From Roseibacillus sp. (GTDB taxonomy: Bacteria > Verrucomicrobiota > Verrucomicrobiia > Verrucomicrobiales > Akkermansiaceae): a stretch of 64,000 nt of DNA. Position 1 is the first letter of the stretch. Every line of letters starts with the position of its first letter. The notes beneath the pieces were generated by a model. The model worked only from the letters and a program-made list of their open reading frames with translations, was not told the origin of the DNA and ran no database searches. The DNA is taken from NCBI GenBank assembly GCA_051251855.1, contig JBPOGI010000001.1, positions 544,001 to 608,000 on the forward strand, given 5' to 3'. Positions 38,604-47,377 of the stretch are shown piece by piece. The position numbers and the translations under genes were made by a program.

Positions 38604-41312
38604 ATGATTCGAAAACTCTTATTAGGACTGCCCTTGGTTGCGGCTGCGCAAACAGATGTCATCAAGAACACTGATTCCAACGGGATAGGCCCTGGCTTGC
38701 CTCCGCAGAAGGTTGAAACTGATTATTTTCGGCTTCCCGAGCATCTGGAGGTCACGGTTTGGGCGTCGACTCCGCAGCTTTTCAATCCCACCAATATCGA
38801 TATCGATGAGAAGGGGCGGATTTGGGCCTGTGAAGGAGTCCGCTACCGTCGTCATGAAAAGCGCCAACCAGAAGGAGACCGGGTGGTTGTTTTGCAAGAT
38901 ACTGATGGGGACGGGAAAGCGGATTCCTCGCATACTTTTGTGCAAGAAGAAGCACTCGTTGCGCCTCTAGGGATCGGGGTTTTTGGGAACAAGGTATTTG
39001 TATCGCAGCCTCCCGAACTGATTGTTTACACGGATGTGGACGAGGATTTGGTATTTGACCCGAAGGTGGATAAGCGCGAGGTGATTCTGACAGGGTTTAA
39101 CGCAAAAAATCATGACCATTCGCTTCACTCGGTGACGATGGGGCCGGATGGGAAGTTTTACTTCAACGTGGGAAACTGTGGCGCGATTTTTAAGGACGGA
39201 GATGACCGCGAATTTGTGATTGGTGGCCCTTACCGTGGCGGCGGGGGAGAGTGGTTTGTCGAAAACCAAAAACGAGGGGGTGAAAAGTCTGCTGATGGTC
39301 ACGTCTGGATGGCAGGAGCGACGTTCCGGATGAATGAAGACGGCACCGGACTCGAGGTGGTGGGCCATGGTTATCGGAACTCTTATGAGCAAGCGGTGAC
39401 TTCGTTTGGAGACATGTTTCAGAACGACAACGATGATCCGCCTGCTTGTCGGGTTTCCTACATTTTGGAGTATGGATGTGCTGGTTATTTTTCTCGTGAT
39501 GCTCGGCGGACTTACAAATCCGAGAAGAGGCGTAATCAGGAACATTGGCGCAATCATTGGCGTCAGGATGATCCCGGGACTATGGATGCGGGCGATGTTT
39601 ATGGGGGAGGCTCGCCTACAGGGGTGGCCTTCTACGAAAATGGGGCCCTTGGAGATGATTTCGTCGGGACTTTTCTCTCTTGTGAGCCAGGGAAGAACAC
39701 CATTTTTAGCTACCAGCCTCAGCCGAAGGAGGGAACATTCAGTTTGGACCGCCACGACTTCGTGACCACCAATGCGAAGAAAAATTTTCTTGGGAGCGAC
39801 TTTGTTGGTGGCACCCAAGGGAAAGAGCAGAAGGATATGGAAGACTATTTGCTCTTCCGCCCCTCAGACATCGCGGTGGGACCGGATGGCGCTCTCTACA
39901 TTGCGGATTGGTATGATGCTCGAGTTGGGGGACATGCGGACTTGGACGACTCGTGTTCCGGCACGATCTATCGTATTGCTCCGAAAGGATTTCAGCCGAA
40001 GGTGCCGCAGTTCGACGCGGCTACTGTGGAAGGCGCTTTGGAAGCCTTGAGGTCTCCGGCAGTGAACGTGCGTTACTTAGGATTTCAAACTCTGAAGTCA
40101 AAAAGGGATGAGGGGCTCGCCGCTATTTCCAAGTTTATCGAGACAGAGAAGAATCCTTTTGTTTCGGTGCGTGGCGTGTGGCTTCTGCCTCATTTGGGCG
40201 AGGAAGGATTGGCCGCGTGTGAAGCATTGTTAGAGAGTGAAAGCTCTCAGGTTCGCATCGCCGCTTTAAGGGCTTTGCGACGGACTGGGGTGGATATCTT
40301 GCCCTTTGCAAAATCTCTCGCAACTGATTCGGACCCAGGAGTCAGGCGTGATGTGGCGCTTGCGCTTCGGGATATTCCCGCAGCACAAACGAAAGAGGTA
40401 TTTGCGACTTTGGCTGGTTCGGTCAATGTGAACGACAAGAACTCATTGGAGGCGATTGGACTCGGTGCCGCTTTACAGGAAGATGTAATTTGGCTTCACC
40501 TCCGTGAGGTCATGGGGGCTACGAACCCATTGAAGTGGGACGAGCGCTTTACCAAGCTGACTTGGCGGCTTTGGCCTGCGGCTGCTGTCGATGACTTGAA
40601 GGCGAGAGCTTCGGCTTCGAATCTTTCGCAAGAAGAGCGTATTTTTGCGGTGGAGTCGATTGCGTTCATTGATGCCCCTGAGTCCGTGAGTGCGATGTTG
40701 GCCTTAGCTGAAGAAGGTTCTGCGACTCGTCTCGAGGCGATGGACTGGCTTTTTCGAAGGGGAACGGGTGAGTGGCAGAAATATGATGTTATGCCTGAGT
40801 TAAAGAAGCGTGGCATCTACGATCCTGACAAGATTGTGGTTACTGAGGTGAAGGTGCCTGCTCCTCCCAAGAAGCCAAGTTACACTACTCAGGAAGTTCT
40901 CGCTCTCACAGGAGACGCAGAGAAGGGCAAAGCGAAAGCGATGGGCTGCGTGATGTGCCATGAGTTCAACGGGGTGGGAGTCAATTATGGACCTAATCTC
41001 AAAAGCTGGGGCAAAGGGCAACCAATGGATGTCATCGTTCGCGCGCTTGTTGAACCTTCGGCTGATATTGCTCATGGCTTTAAGGGGAGTGCCGTCGTTA
41101 CCAAGGATGGGAAAACGGTTCACGGTCTGGTGATCAATCCCGGAGACCCAGTGGTCATTGTTTCGACAGGAGCGGTAGAGCAGGTCATTCCTCGGAAGCA
41201 AGTGAAGGCGCTGAGGAAGTTCAACCGTTCTTTGATGTTATCATCGGAACAGCTGGGTATGAAGGCGCAGGACGTAGCTGATGTGGCCGCCTTCTTAAAA
41301 GAGTATGAGTAA
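38604..41312 (+). CDS. PVC-type heme-binding CxxCH protein (putative membrane-bound dehydrogenase beta-propeller, HEAT repeats, cytochrome c)
   Basis: NPTNIDIDEKGRIW, DTDGDGKAD, GYRNSYE, FRPSDIAVGPDGALYIADW, HEAT-like region, CVMCH followed by GPNL and PSADIAHGF. Confidence 0.88.
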   Translation: MIRKLLLGLPLVAAAQTDVIKNTDSNGIGPGLPPQKVETDYFRLPEHLEVTVWASTPQLFNPTNIDIDEKGRIWACEGVRYRRHEKRQPEGDRVVVLQDTDGDGKADSSHTFVQEEALVAPLGIGVFGNKVFVSQPPELIVYTDVDEDLVFDPKVDKREVILTGFNAKNHDHSLHSVTMGPDGKFYFNVGNCGAIFKDGDDREFVIGGPYRGGGGEWFVENQKRGGEKSADGHVWMAGATFRMNEDGTGLEVVGHGYRNSYEQAVTSFGDMFQNDNDDPPACRVSYILEYGCAGYFSRDARRTYKSEKRRNQEHWRNHWRQDDPGTMDAGDVYGGGSPTGVAFYENGALGDDFVGTFLSCEPGKNTIFSYQPQPKEGTFSLDRHDFVTTNAKKNFLGSDFVGGTQGKEQKDMEDYLLFRPSDIAVGPDGALYIADWYDARVGGHADLDDSCSGTIYRIAPKGFQPKVPQFDAATVEGALEALRSPAVNVRYLGFQTLKSKRDEGLAAISKFIETEKNPFVSVRGVWLLPHLGEEGLAACEALLESESSQVRIAALRALRRTGVDILPFAKSLATDSDPGVRRDVALALRDIPAAQTKEVFATLAGSVNVNDKNSLEAIGLGAALQEDVIWLHLREVMGATNPLKWDERFTKLTWRLWPAAAVDDLKARASASNLSQEERIFAVESIAFIDAPESVSAMLALAEEGSATRLEAMDWLFRRGTGEWQKYDVMPELKKRGIYDPDKIVVTEVKVPAPPKKPSYTTQEVLALTGDAEKGKAKAMGCVMCHEFNGVGVNYGPNLKSWGKGQPMDVIVRALVEPSADIAHGFKGSAVVTKDGKTVHGLVINPGDPVVIVSTGAVEQVIPRKQVKALRKFNRSLMLSSEQLGMKAQDVADVAAFLKEYE

Positions 41313-41470
41313 GCCAAGTTGCTCGGGCCTGTTGGAGTGTCGTAGCATCAGCTTGCTAGCGCTGATGCTCGCAAAGTGCTCTTGCTTATTGGGTCTCACA
41401 AGGCTAGCGCCTATCGTCATCACTTCTCGCAAATGACTGCCCCCTTCACCAAGTAGATTTTCAACCCACA

Positions 41471-42967
41471 ATGAAGCATATTTCAAACCCTGACGTGGTC
41501 CTGATTGGATCTGGGATTATGTCCGCTAATCTGGGCGCGCTCCTCAAGTCGCTAGACCCCAAATTAAAGGTCCAACTCTACGAGGTCACCGATGAGTTTG
41601 CCAAGGAGGCATCCAACGGTTGGAACAACGCGGGAACGGGGCATGCTGGAATTTGTGAGCTGAGCTATACTCCGGACCAGGAGGAAGATGGTTCGGTAGA
41701 TGTCTCGAACGCGGTTCAGATTTTCGAACAGTTTGAGGCTTCACGGCAGTTCTGGGCCTATGCTGTGGAGAAGGGAATGATAGAGAATCCAAGCGACTGT
41801 ATCAATCCGGTGGCTCACATCTCTTTTGTTCATGGGGAGAAGCAGGTCAATTTTTTGAAGGAGCGTCACAAGGGGATGGCAAATCATCACTTCTTTGAGT
41901 CGATGACTTATTCTACCGACCGCGAGGAAATCGCCGAGTGGGCGCCCTTGCTCGTTGAAGAACGTGACCCGAAGGTCCCCATTGCGGCGACTAAAATGGT
42001 AGAGGGCACCGATGTCAACTTTGGAGCCATTGCGTTGAGCTTGGTCAACTGGCTTGATCAGCAAGAAGGTTGCTCTGCACTGACGGGGCACAAGGTGGTC
42101 GGGCTCGAGAAGACCGAGCGGGGTTGGGATGTGCTAGTGGAGGATTTGGCAACCGAAGAATTGACAGTGACTTCGGCGAAGTTCGTCTTTGTTGGTGCGG
42201 GAGGAGGGAGCTTGCAGCTTTTGCAAAAGGCTGGCATCCCGCAAGCGCAAGGCCTCGGAGGATTTCCGATTGGGGGGCAGTGGCTGATTTGTCAGAACCC
42301 CGAGGTTGTGGAAAAGCATCAGGCGAAGGTATACGGACAGCCTCTTGATGCCGCTCCCACGATGGCAGTGCCTCATCTGGATACTCGGATTTTGGATGGT
42401 GAAAAGTCGCTGCTCTTTGGCCCTTTTGCCTCTTGGACTACTAAGTTTTTGCACGGCAAGGGGTCTTTCCTGGACTTGCCAGGCACGGTGAAACCTCACA
42501 ATTTGGCGACCTTATTAAAGGTGGGAATCAGCAATCTTCCGCTAGTGAAGTATTTGGTTCAGCAGGGGACGCAGTCGATGCAGGATCGGATCGACGTGCT
42601 GCATGTCTTTTATCCGGGAGCGAAGGTCGAAGACTGGAAGCTGATTGATGCAGGCATCCGAGTGCAGGCGATTAAGAAGGAAGATGGCGAAGCGGGGATT
42701 GTGCACTATGGCACGGAAGTGATTACCTCGGACGATCGCAGCATCTCGGCATTGTTAGGAGCCTCGCCGGGAGCCTCTGTCTCGGTTCATATCGTCTTGG
42801 AGGTGATCAAGAAATGCCTACCTGAAATGCTGGAAACGGAAGAAGGGAAACGGAAAATCTTGGAGATGATTCCCAATTTTAACGAAGACCTGAAAGAGCC
42901 GTCGAAGGCGGAACGCTATCGTGAGTTGGCTCAGTCGGCGATTTCTCGCCTTGGTTTGAACTATTAG
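41471..42967 (+). CDS. mqo: Malate:quinone oxidoreductase
   Basis: DVVLIGSGIMSA, SNGWNNAGTGHAGICELSYTP, VFVGAGGGSL, MAVPHLDTR, AGIRVQ, LLGASPGASVS. Confidence 0.95.
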   Translation: MKHISNPDVVLIGSGIMSANLGALLKSLDPKLKVQLYEVTDEFAKEASNGWNNAGTGHAGICELSYTPDQEEDGSVDVSNAVQIFEQFEASRQFWAYAVEKGMIENPSDCINPVAHISFVHGEKQVNFLKERHKGMANHHFFESMTYSTDREEIAEWAPLLVEERDPKVPIAATKMVEGTDVNFGAIALSLVNWLDQQEGCSALTGHKVVGLEKTERGWDVLVEDLATEELTVTSAKFVFVGAGGGSLQLLQKAGIPQAQGLGGFPIGGQWLICQNPEVVEKHQAKVYGQPLDAAPTMAVPHLDTRILDGEKSLLFGPFASWTTKFLHGKGSFLDLPGTVKPHNLATLLKVGISNLPLVKYLVQQGTQSMQDRIDVLHVFYPGAKVEDWKLIDAGIRVQAIKKEDGEAGIVHYGTEVITSDDRSISALLGASPGASVSVHIVLEVIKKCLPEMLETEEGKRKILEMIPNFNEDLKEPSKAERYRELAQSAISRLGLNY

Positions 42968-42982
42968 GGCCATCAGCTCCTC

Positions 42983-43023
42983 AAAAAAAGAAGCCCAAAC
43001 CGCCGGGCAGCGGATCGGGCTTT
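42983..43023 (-). terminator. Rho-independent terminator between mqo and the convergent PEP-CTERM gene
   Basis: Minus strand AAGCCCGATCCGCT-GCCC-GGCGGTTTGGGCTT followed by CTTTTTTT. Confidence 0.75.
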
Positions 43024-43044
43024 GCTTTCGAAAAATTTAAATTT

Positions 43045-43809
43045 TTATCGGCGGTTCCGGCGTCTCAGCGTGAGAAGTAAGCTCAACGCAGAGAGGCTCA
43101 TAGCCGAAGGTTCTGGTATCGCGGTGTATTCGATGACTGGCCATTCACCCATTTGTCCAGCTTCGCGAACGGTGATTTTATAGGCGTCCCAACCGGCAGC
43201 TAAGCTGTCAGAGCCGTAACTCAAGCGCAGAAAGACGAAGTCTCCGGCACCCGCCCCGCTCGCATAGGCTGTGTTTAGGTAATTTAGGAGTGCCGCATCA
43301 CCTAAGGCATTGGTGTTGTTGTTTGGAGCCCCCACAAATCCCACCGAACTAGCCGGGGTGAGGAAACTCTCCTGGATCAAGGTTGCGCTGCCATCGAAAG
43401 CAGACCCATTGTACCAGTCGCTGATGAGGATCGCAGGGGTTGCACTGGTCCTGACAGCATAGAGATCGAGATCGGTGATCGTGGCATTGCCCATCTCGTG
43501 GACCATCACACCGAGATCAGCGCTGGTAAACGGGTTGGTAACCGCGCCTAGCGACGGCAACTCGAAGGGCAGGACGATCGTGGTCAAACCTGGCCCAAAC
43601 CATTCGCCGGCGTTCGCAGAGAAAAAGCCGTTAGTGTCGGGGTGAACCTGAGGCCAAGGATTCGTAGGAGGAAGGTTGTCGCGAACTTCGAGGAAGCCGT
43701 CATTGGCATCTGAGAAAATGAGCGCGGCTTCTGCTCGGAGAGGAATCAAAGTTGCGGAGATTCCAAACAGGGCCGTCGTTGCCGAGGCAAGTTTTGTTTT
43801 TAGGTTCAT
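43045..43809 (-). CDS. PEP-CTERM sorting domain protein
   Basis: Signal peptide ending AEA|ALIF; C-terminal IPEPSAMSLSALSLLLTLRRRNRR; ATG at 43809. Confidence 0.92.
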   Translation of the reverse strand: MNLKTKLASATTALFGISATLIPLRAEAALIFSDANDGFLEVRDNLPPTNPWPQVHPDTNGFFSANAGEWFGPGLTTIVLPFELPSLGAVTNPFTSADLGVMVHEMGNATITDLDLYAVRTSATPAILISDWYNGSAFDGSATLIQESFLTPASSVGFVGAPNNNTNALGDAALLNYLNTAYASGAGAGDFVFLRLSYGSDSLAAGWDAYKITVREAGQMGEWPVIEYTAIPEPSAMSLSALSLLLTLRRRNRR

Positions 43810-43896
43810 CTTAATTTGGTTGCTGGGTAGAAGAGTTGGGGTGAATGTTTTTTCCAACTTCTTTTAAGATTTTTGGGGGTTTTTAAAGGGATGTCT

Positions 43897-43912
43897 TCCC
43901 TCGATAGAGGGG
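43897..43912. promoter_or_regulatory. Palindromic operator, copy 1
   Basis: TCCCTC-GATA-GAGGGG, 88 bp upstream of the PEP-CTERM start. Confidence 0.75.
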
Positions 43913-43933
43913 TAAGCGCTTGGTTTTCCGCAG

Positions 43934-43969
43934 AAAAAAACGAGCCTTAGGATTTCTCCCAAGACTCGC
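43934..43969 (-). terminator. Rho-independent terminator after the 1094-aa protein
   Basis: Minus strand GCGAGTCTTGGGA-GAAA-TCCTAAGGCTCGT then TTTTTT. Confidence 0.85.
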
Positions 43970-43994
43970 TGTGTAGAGGGGTTAAGAATTCGCG

Positions 43995-46900
43995 CTAGGG
44001 AGCGACGAACTCTTCCGCGCGGAAGAACTGTTTAGTGTTCGTTCCTGAGTTGGCGGGAATGCTAATACTAGTCGCCGTGGAGTTGTCAAAGGTGACGCCC
44101 GTTGGAGTGAAGCCAGTCAGGGTGGTGGAGCTGGTGATATGGTAGTTCTTACCACTTTCGGTTCCTGTTACATTCACCACAAAGTTAGAGCCGTTGTAGC
44201 TCACGAGGTCGATATCAAGTCCGTCAGGCAGACCAAGAATGAAGAATTGATCTCCCGCTAAGGCGCTAAAGTCGACAACGCTGGATGCTCCAAGGTTTTC
44301 GGTTCCTACAGGCATGCCTGGGAGCGACTGGTTGGACATGAAATCGTGGCCACCGTTATTGAGTAGGACCATAATTTTCATCGAACCGGAGGAGGCTCCG
44401 ATATCCGCGAGGGCGACAGACAGTTCGACTCCGGTGGTGACGGCAAGGGCTGCCGTTTGGTCGGCTGCAGTGCCTCCACCTTCTTCAAGAATTCCAGCGG
44501 TATTGCTGTTGTTGAGGGCGAAGGACAATGAATCACCATTCACCGTGCCAGTCGCGGTAGTTCCAAAGCCGGTGCCGCTGCCCCCAAAGACATCAACGTA
44601 GCTGTCGAAGGCTGCTGTGCCAATGTCTGCGATATCGGCATCGAATCGAAACCCTTGGCGTACCGTGATTTGATAGTCGGGTGCGAAGCCGATATCGAAC
44701 GTCATGCCGTTTAGGTTAGCGGTAGAATCGTTACCAGCGGCTGTCATCACATTAGTGGTAATGGTATCGTTGGTGTCGAAAAAGAAATCCAGCTTGTTGA
44801 AGTTGTTTTCCAAGTTGCCGGTGACCATCAGGTTGAGCCTTCCGTTGACTACTGAAGCATAGACCGCATCGAGTTGGTTGAAGTTGAATGCCGAGTTGAT
44901 GGTCTGCACTGCACTTGCTGCCGGATAGAGACTGTCTTTGGCTCCATCGATCAGGATGATTCCTGCTGCGGTCGGATTACTTGCGCCATCATTGGGGTCG
45001 AACCCAAAGTTGACTTCCACAAGATCGTCGAAGGTGTCGGAATCGGAGTCTGCGAGAAGAGGATTGGTTGGAGCTCCATCGAAGGTGTTGCCAGTACCAT
45101 CGATTTCAGGTCCATCTTCGATGCCGTCGCCGTCGCTATCGGCGTCACATGGATCCGTCCCAGAGCTATTCACTTCTACATCGTCATTGGCGCCATCTCC
45201 ATCAGTGTCGCTAAGGATTGGGTTTGTGCCTGCGGTCTGCTCTGCCAAGTTATTGAGAGTGTCAGAGTCTCCATTGGCTATTGGATCAGATACTCCAAAG
45301 CCAGCTTCGAAGCTGTCTCTGAGACCGTTGCTATTTGCATCGGCAGGAGCGGTTTGCAGATCGGCCCAGGTCGTAACCACCAAGATGTTGTCCCATTCCG
45401 TGACATCACTGCCGCCAGAGGCGCAGCGAATCGCGGTGAGGTCAAAGGGATTGAAGGCTCCGAAGATATCGGTGTCGTTGATGGGATCGGGTTCCGCGCC
45501 GCTGAGATCGGGATTGAGGTAAACGTCGAGTTCACCAAGCGGGATGTTGACTTTCATGACCACAGTGTTGGTGTCGCCATCGACAAGGAATTTGCCCGAG
45601 CCCGTGTTGTTGACGCCACCCGGCTCTTCATAGCCGAGTTCGTCGGTAGCGGCTTGGATGCCGGGAACACCGATGAAGACTTTTTCCTCGCCATAGCTAA
45701 AGAGGCTCACGCCTGACCACACCGCGCCTGCTGAGCGGGAGATGTCAAATTTCATCCAAATGACGTCGGTCGTTTGGTTGGTTACACCGGGAGAGGCTAG
45801 GATAGCTCCGGTGGCCTCGGAACCGCTTGCGCCTTCGCTAAGCCCGTTGAATTGACGGATGATTCCGCTTTCGCGGGTTTGGAGCTTCTGGCAAAAAATG
45901 TTGCTGTCTCCAAATTGGGAGGTCCAGTCAGATGCCGATCCGGTGTGGCCAGTGAAGGCATCGGGGCTATCGAGGTTATCGAAGTCGAAGCCATCACCAC
46001 CAGCAAGTCCACTCGCATTACCGTCGGGATAGTCGAATCCTTCCAAGCCGATGAAGGTAATGGAACCATTTGAGGTGGGGTCGTCGCCGGCGTTTCCGGT
46101 TTGGGGAAGAGTGCCAACGGCGATTTCGATACCATCGGGGGTTCCTCCGCCATCGGTGTCGGCAAGATTGGGGTCGGTGCTGTGTGTATTGACTTCAGCG
46201 CCGTCAGTGAGTTCGTCGTTATCGCTATCGGGGTCGAGAGGATCGGTGCTATGCATGGTGAGCTCGGGGCCGTCATTGAGACTGTCGTCATCGCTGTCGG
46301 CGTCTTGAGGATCGGTTCCGCCACTGAATCCGGTGACGCCAGTGCCATCAAATTCGGCAATATTGGTAAGACCGTCTGCGTCAGGATTACCGAGAGCGCC
46401 ATTGGGGCCGTCCTTGGCTCCTAGGGAGGTTTCGCCAATGGTTCCGTCGTCGGAATCGTCGAGACCATTTGCAAGTTCAAAGTCGAGAGGCATTCCGTCA
46501 CCATCGGCATCGACGAAATCTTGCAGTCCCACATCACCCGGGTCGGTGGCTACGGTGAGGTCGTCCCAGCTGACGCTTCCACCTGAACCGATTCGGACGC
46601 GGGAGGCCCAGTTGGAGTTGGTGAAAGGAGCGGTGATATCAGCACTGTTTGAAGCACCAGCGGTCCAGTAGTCGGTGACATCGGGATCCACCCACATGCC
46701 GACAAGGTCGTTATCAAAATCGACGACGGTCACAATGGTGTAAGCTTGGTCATCAACAAAGGCGGGAAGGGATCCGGTGAAGGTTCCGTTCTCAGGATCG
46801 GCGTTGGAAATTTCGATAGTAGGAATGTCGTCGGTTCCAGCGGCCCCAAACTTCACTTTTTCGGTTCCAAAGTCGCTGTGCATGATCCATCCCCACTCGG

Positions 46901-47279
46901 CGGTGGAACTTCGAGTCATCTTGACTTTGTAGAAAAATCTGCCAGCAGCTTTGACTGCCCCATTCCCTTCGTCTTCGCCATATTTGCGTTCGTGTGCTCC
47001 ACCGTTAGAAACAACAACACTGTTTCCTCCTAAATCGGTAATGACAGAAGCGGTGCCAAAAGGAGTGGTCCAAAGAGCAGCTCCGATGGCGTTGTTGGTC
47101 TGGTCTTGGGTATCATTGTTCCATTCCCAGCCCGTTCCGTTGGAATCGTTAGGAGGGGTAGTGATGTCACCAGGAGTGCCTTCAAAGTCATCGATACCGA
47201 TGATGTTTCCAGAGAGGGGAAGAGCGAAAATGCCCAATGAAAGCAGGATTAGTTTAGTCGTCGGTTTTCGCAATTGCAT
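43995..47279 (-). CDS. Large secreted protein with two internally duplicated beta-sandwich domains, TSP3-like repeats, a third globular domain and a C-terminal domain
   Basis: Signal peptide; duplicated blocks WTTPFG..EKVKFG..RIGSGG..WDDLTV and WTSQFG..EKVFIG..RCASGG..WDNILV; many D-S-D-x-D repeats; ends ...YHITSSTTL...KQFFRAEE. Confidence 0.82.
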   Translation of the reverse strand: MQLRKPTTKLILLSLGIFALPLSGNIIGIDDFEGTPGDITTPPNDSNGTGWEWNNDTQDQTNNAIGAALWTTPFGTASVITDLGGNSVVVSNGGAHERKYGEDEGNGAVKAAGRFFYKVKMTRSSTAEWGWIMHSDFGTEKVKFGAAGTDDIPTIEISNADPENGTFTGSLPAFVDDQAYTIVTVVDFDNDLVGMWVDPDVTDYWTAGASNSADITAPFTNSNWASRVRIGSGGSVSWDDLTVATDPGDVGLQDFVDADGDGMPLDFELANGLDDSDDGTIGETSLGAKDGPNGALGNPDADGLTNIAEFDGTGVTGFSGGTDPQDADSDDDSLNDGPELTMHSTDPLDPDSDNDELTDGAEVNTHSTDPNLADTDGGGTPDGIEIAVGTLPQTGNAGDDPTSNGSITFIGLEGFDYPDGNASGLAGGDGFDFDNLDSPDAFTGHTGSASDWTSQFGDSNIFCQKLQTRESGIIRQFNGLSEGASGSEATGAILASPGVTNQTTDVIWMKFDISRSAGAVWSGVSLFSYGEEKVFIGVPGIQAATDELGYEEPGGVNNTGSGKFLVDGDTNTVVMKVNIPLGELDVYLNPDLSGAEPDPINDTDIFGAFNPFDLTAIRCASGGSDVTEWDNILVVTTWADLQTAPADANSNGLRDSFEAGFGVSDPIANGDSDTLNNLAEQTAGTNPILSDTDGDGANDDVEVNSSGTDPCDADSDGDGIEDGPEIDGTGNTFDGAPTNPLLADSDSDTFDDLVEVNFGFDPNDGASNPTAAGIILIDGAKDSLYPAASAVQTINSAFNFNQLDAVYASVVNGRLNLMVTGNLENNFNKLDFFFDTNDTITTNVMTAAGNDSTANLNGMTFDIGFAPDYQITVRQGFRFDADIADIGTAAFDSYVDVFGGSGTGFGTTATGTVNGDSLSFALNNSNTAGILEEGGGTAADQTAALAVTTGVELSVALADIGASSGSMKIMVLLNNGGHDFMSNQSLPGMPVGTENLGASSVVDFSALAGDQFFILGLPDGLDIDLVSYNGSNFVVNVTGTESGKNYHITSSTTLTGFTPTGVTFDNSTATSISIPANSGTNTKQFFRAEEFVAP

Positions 47280-47348
47280 GGTTTTTAAGGTTAAAATAGG
47301 GCTAAGGTCCTAGGCTAGAAAGGATGGCAGCACAAGCATTCCTGTCCA

Positions 47349-47364
47349 TCCCTCGATGGAGGGG
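47349..47364. promoter_or_regulatory. Palindromic operator, copy 2
   Basis: TCCCTC-GATG-GAGGGG, 70 bp upstream of start 47279; followed on the minus strand by TGGACA-16nt-CATCCT. Confidence 0.75.
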
Positions 47365-47377
47365 GGGCTACTCGGCT

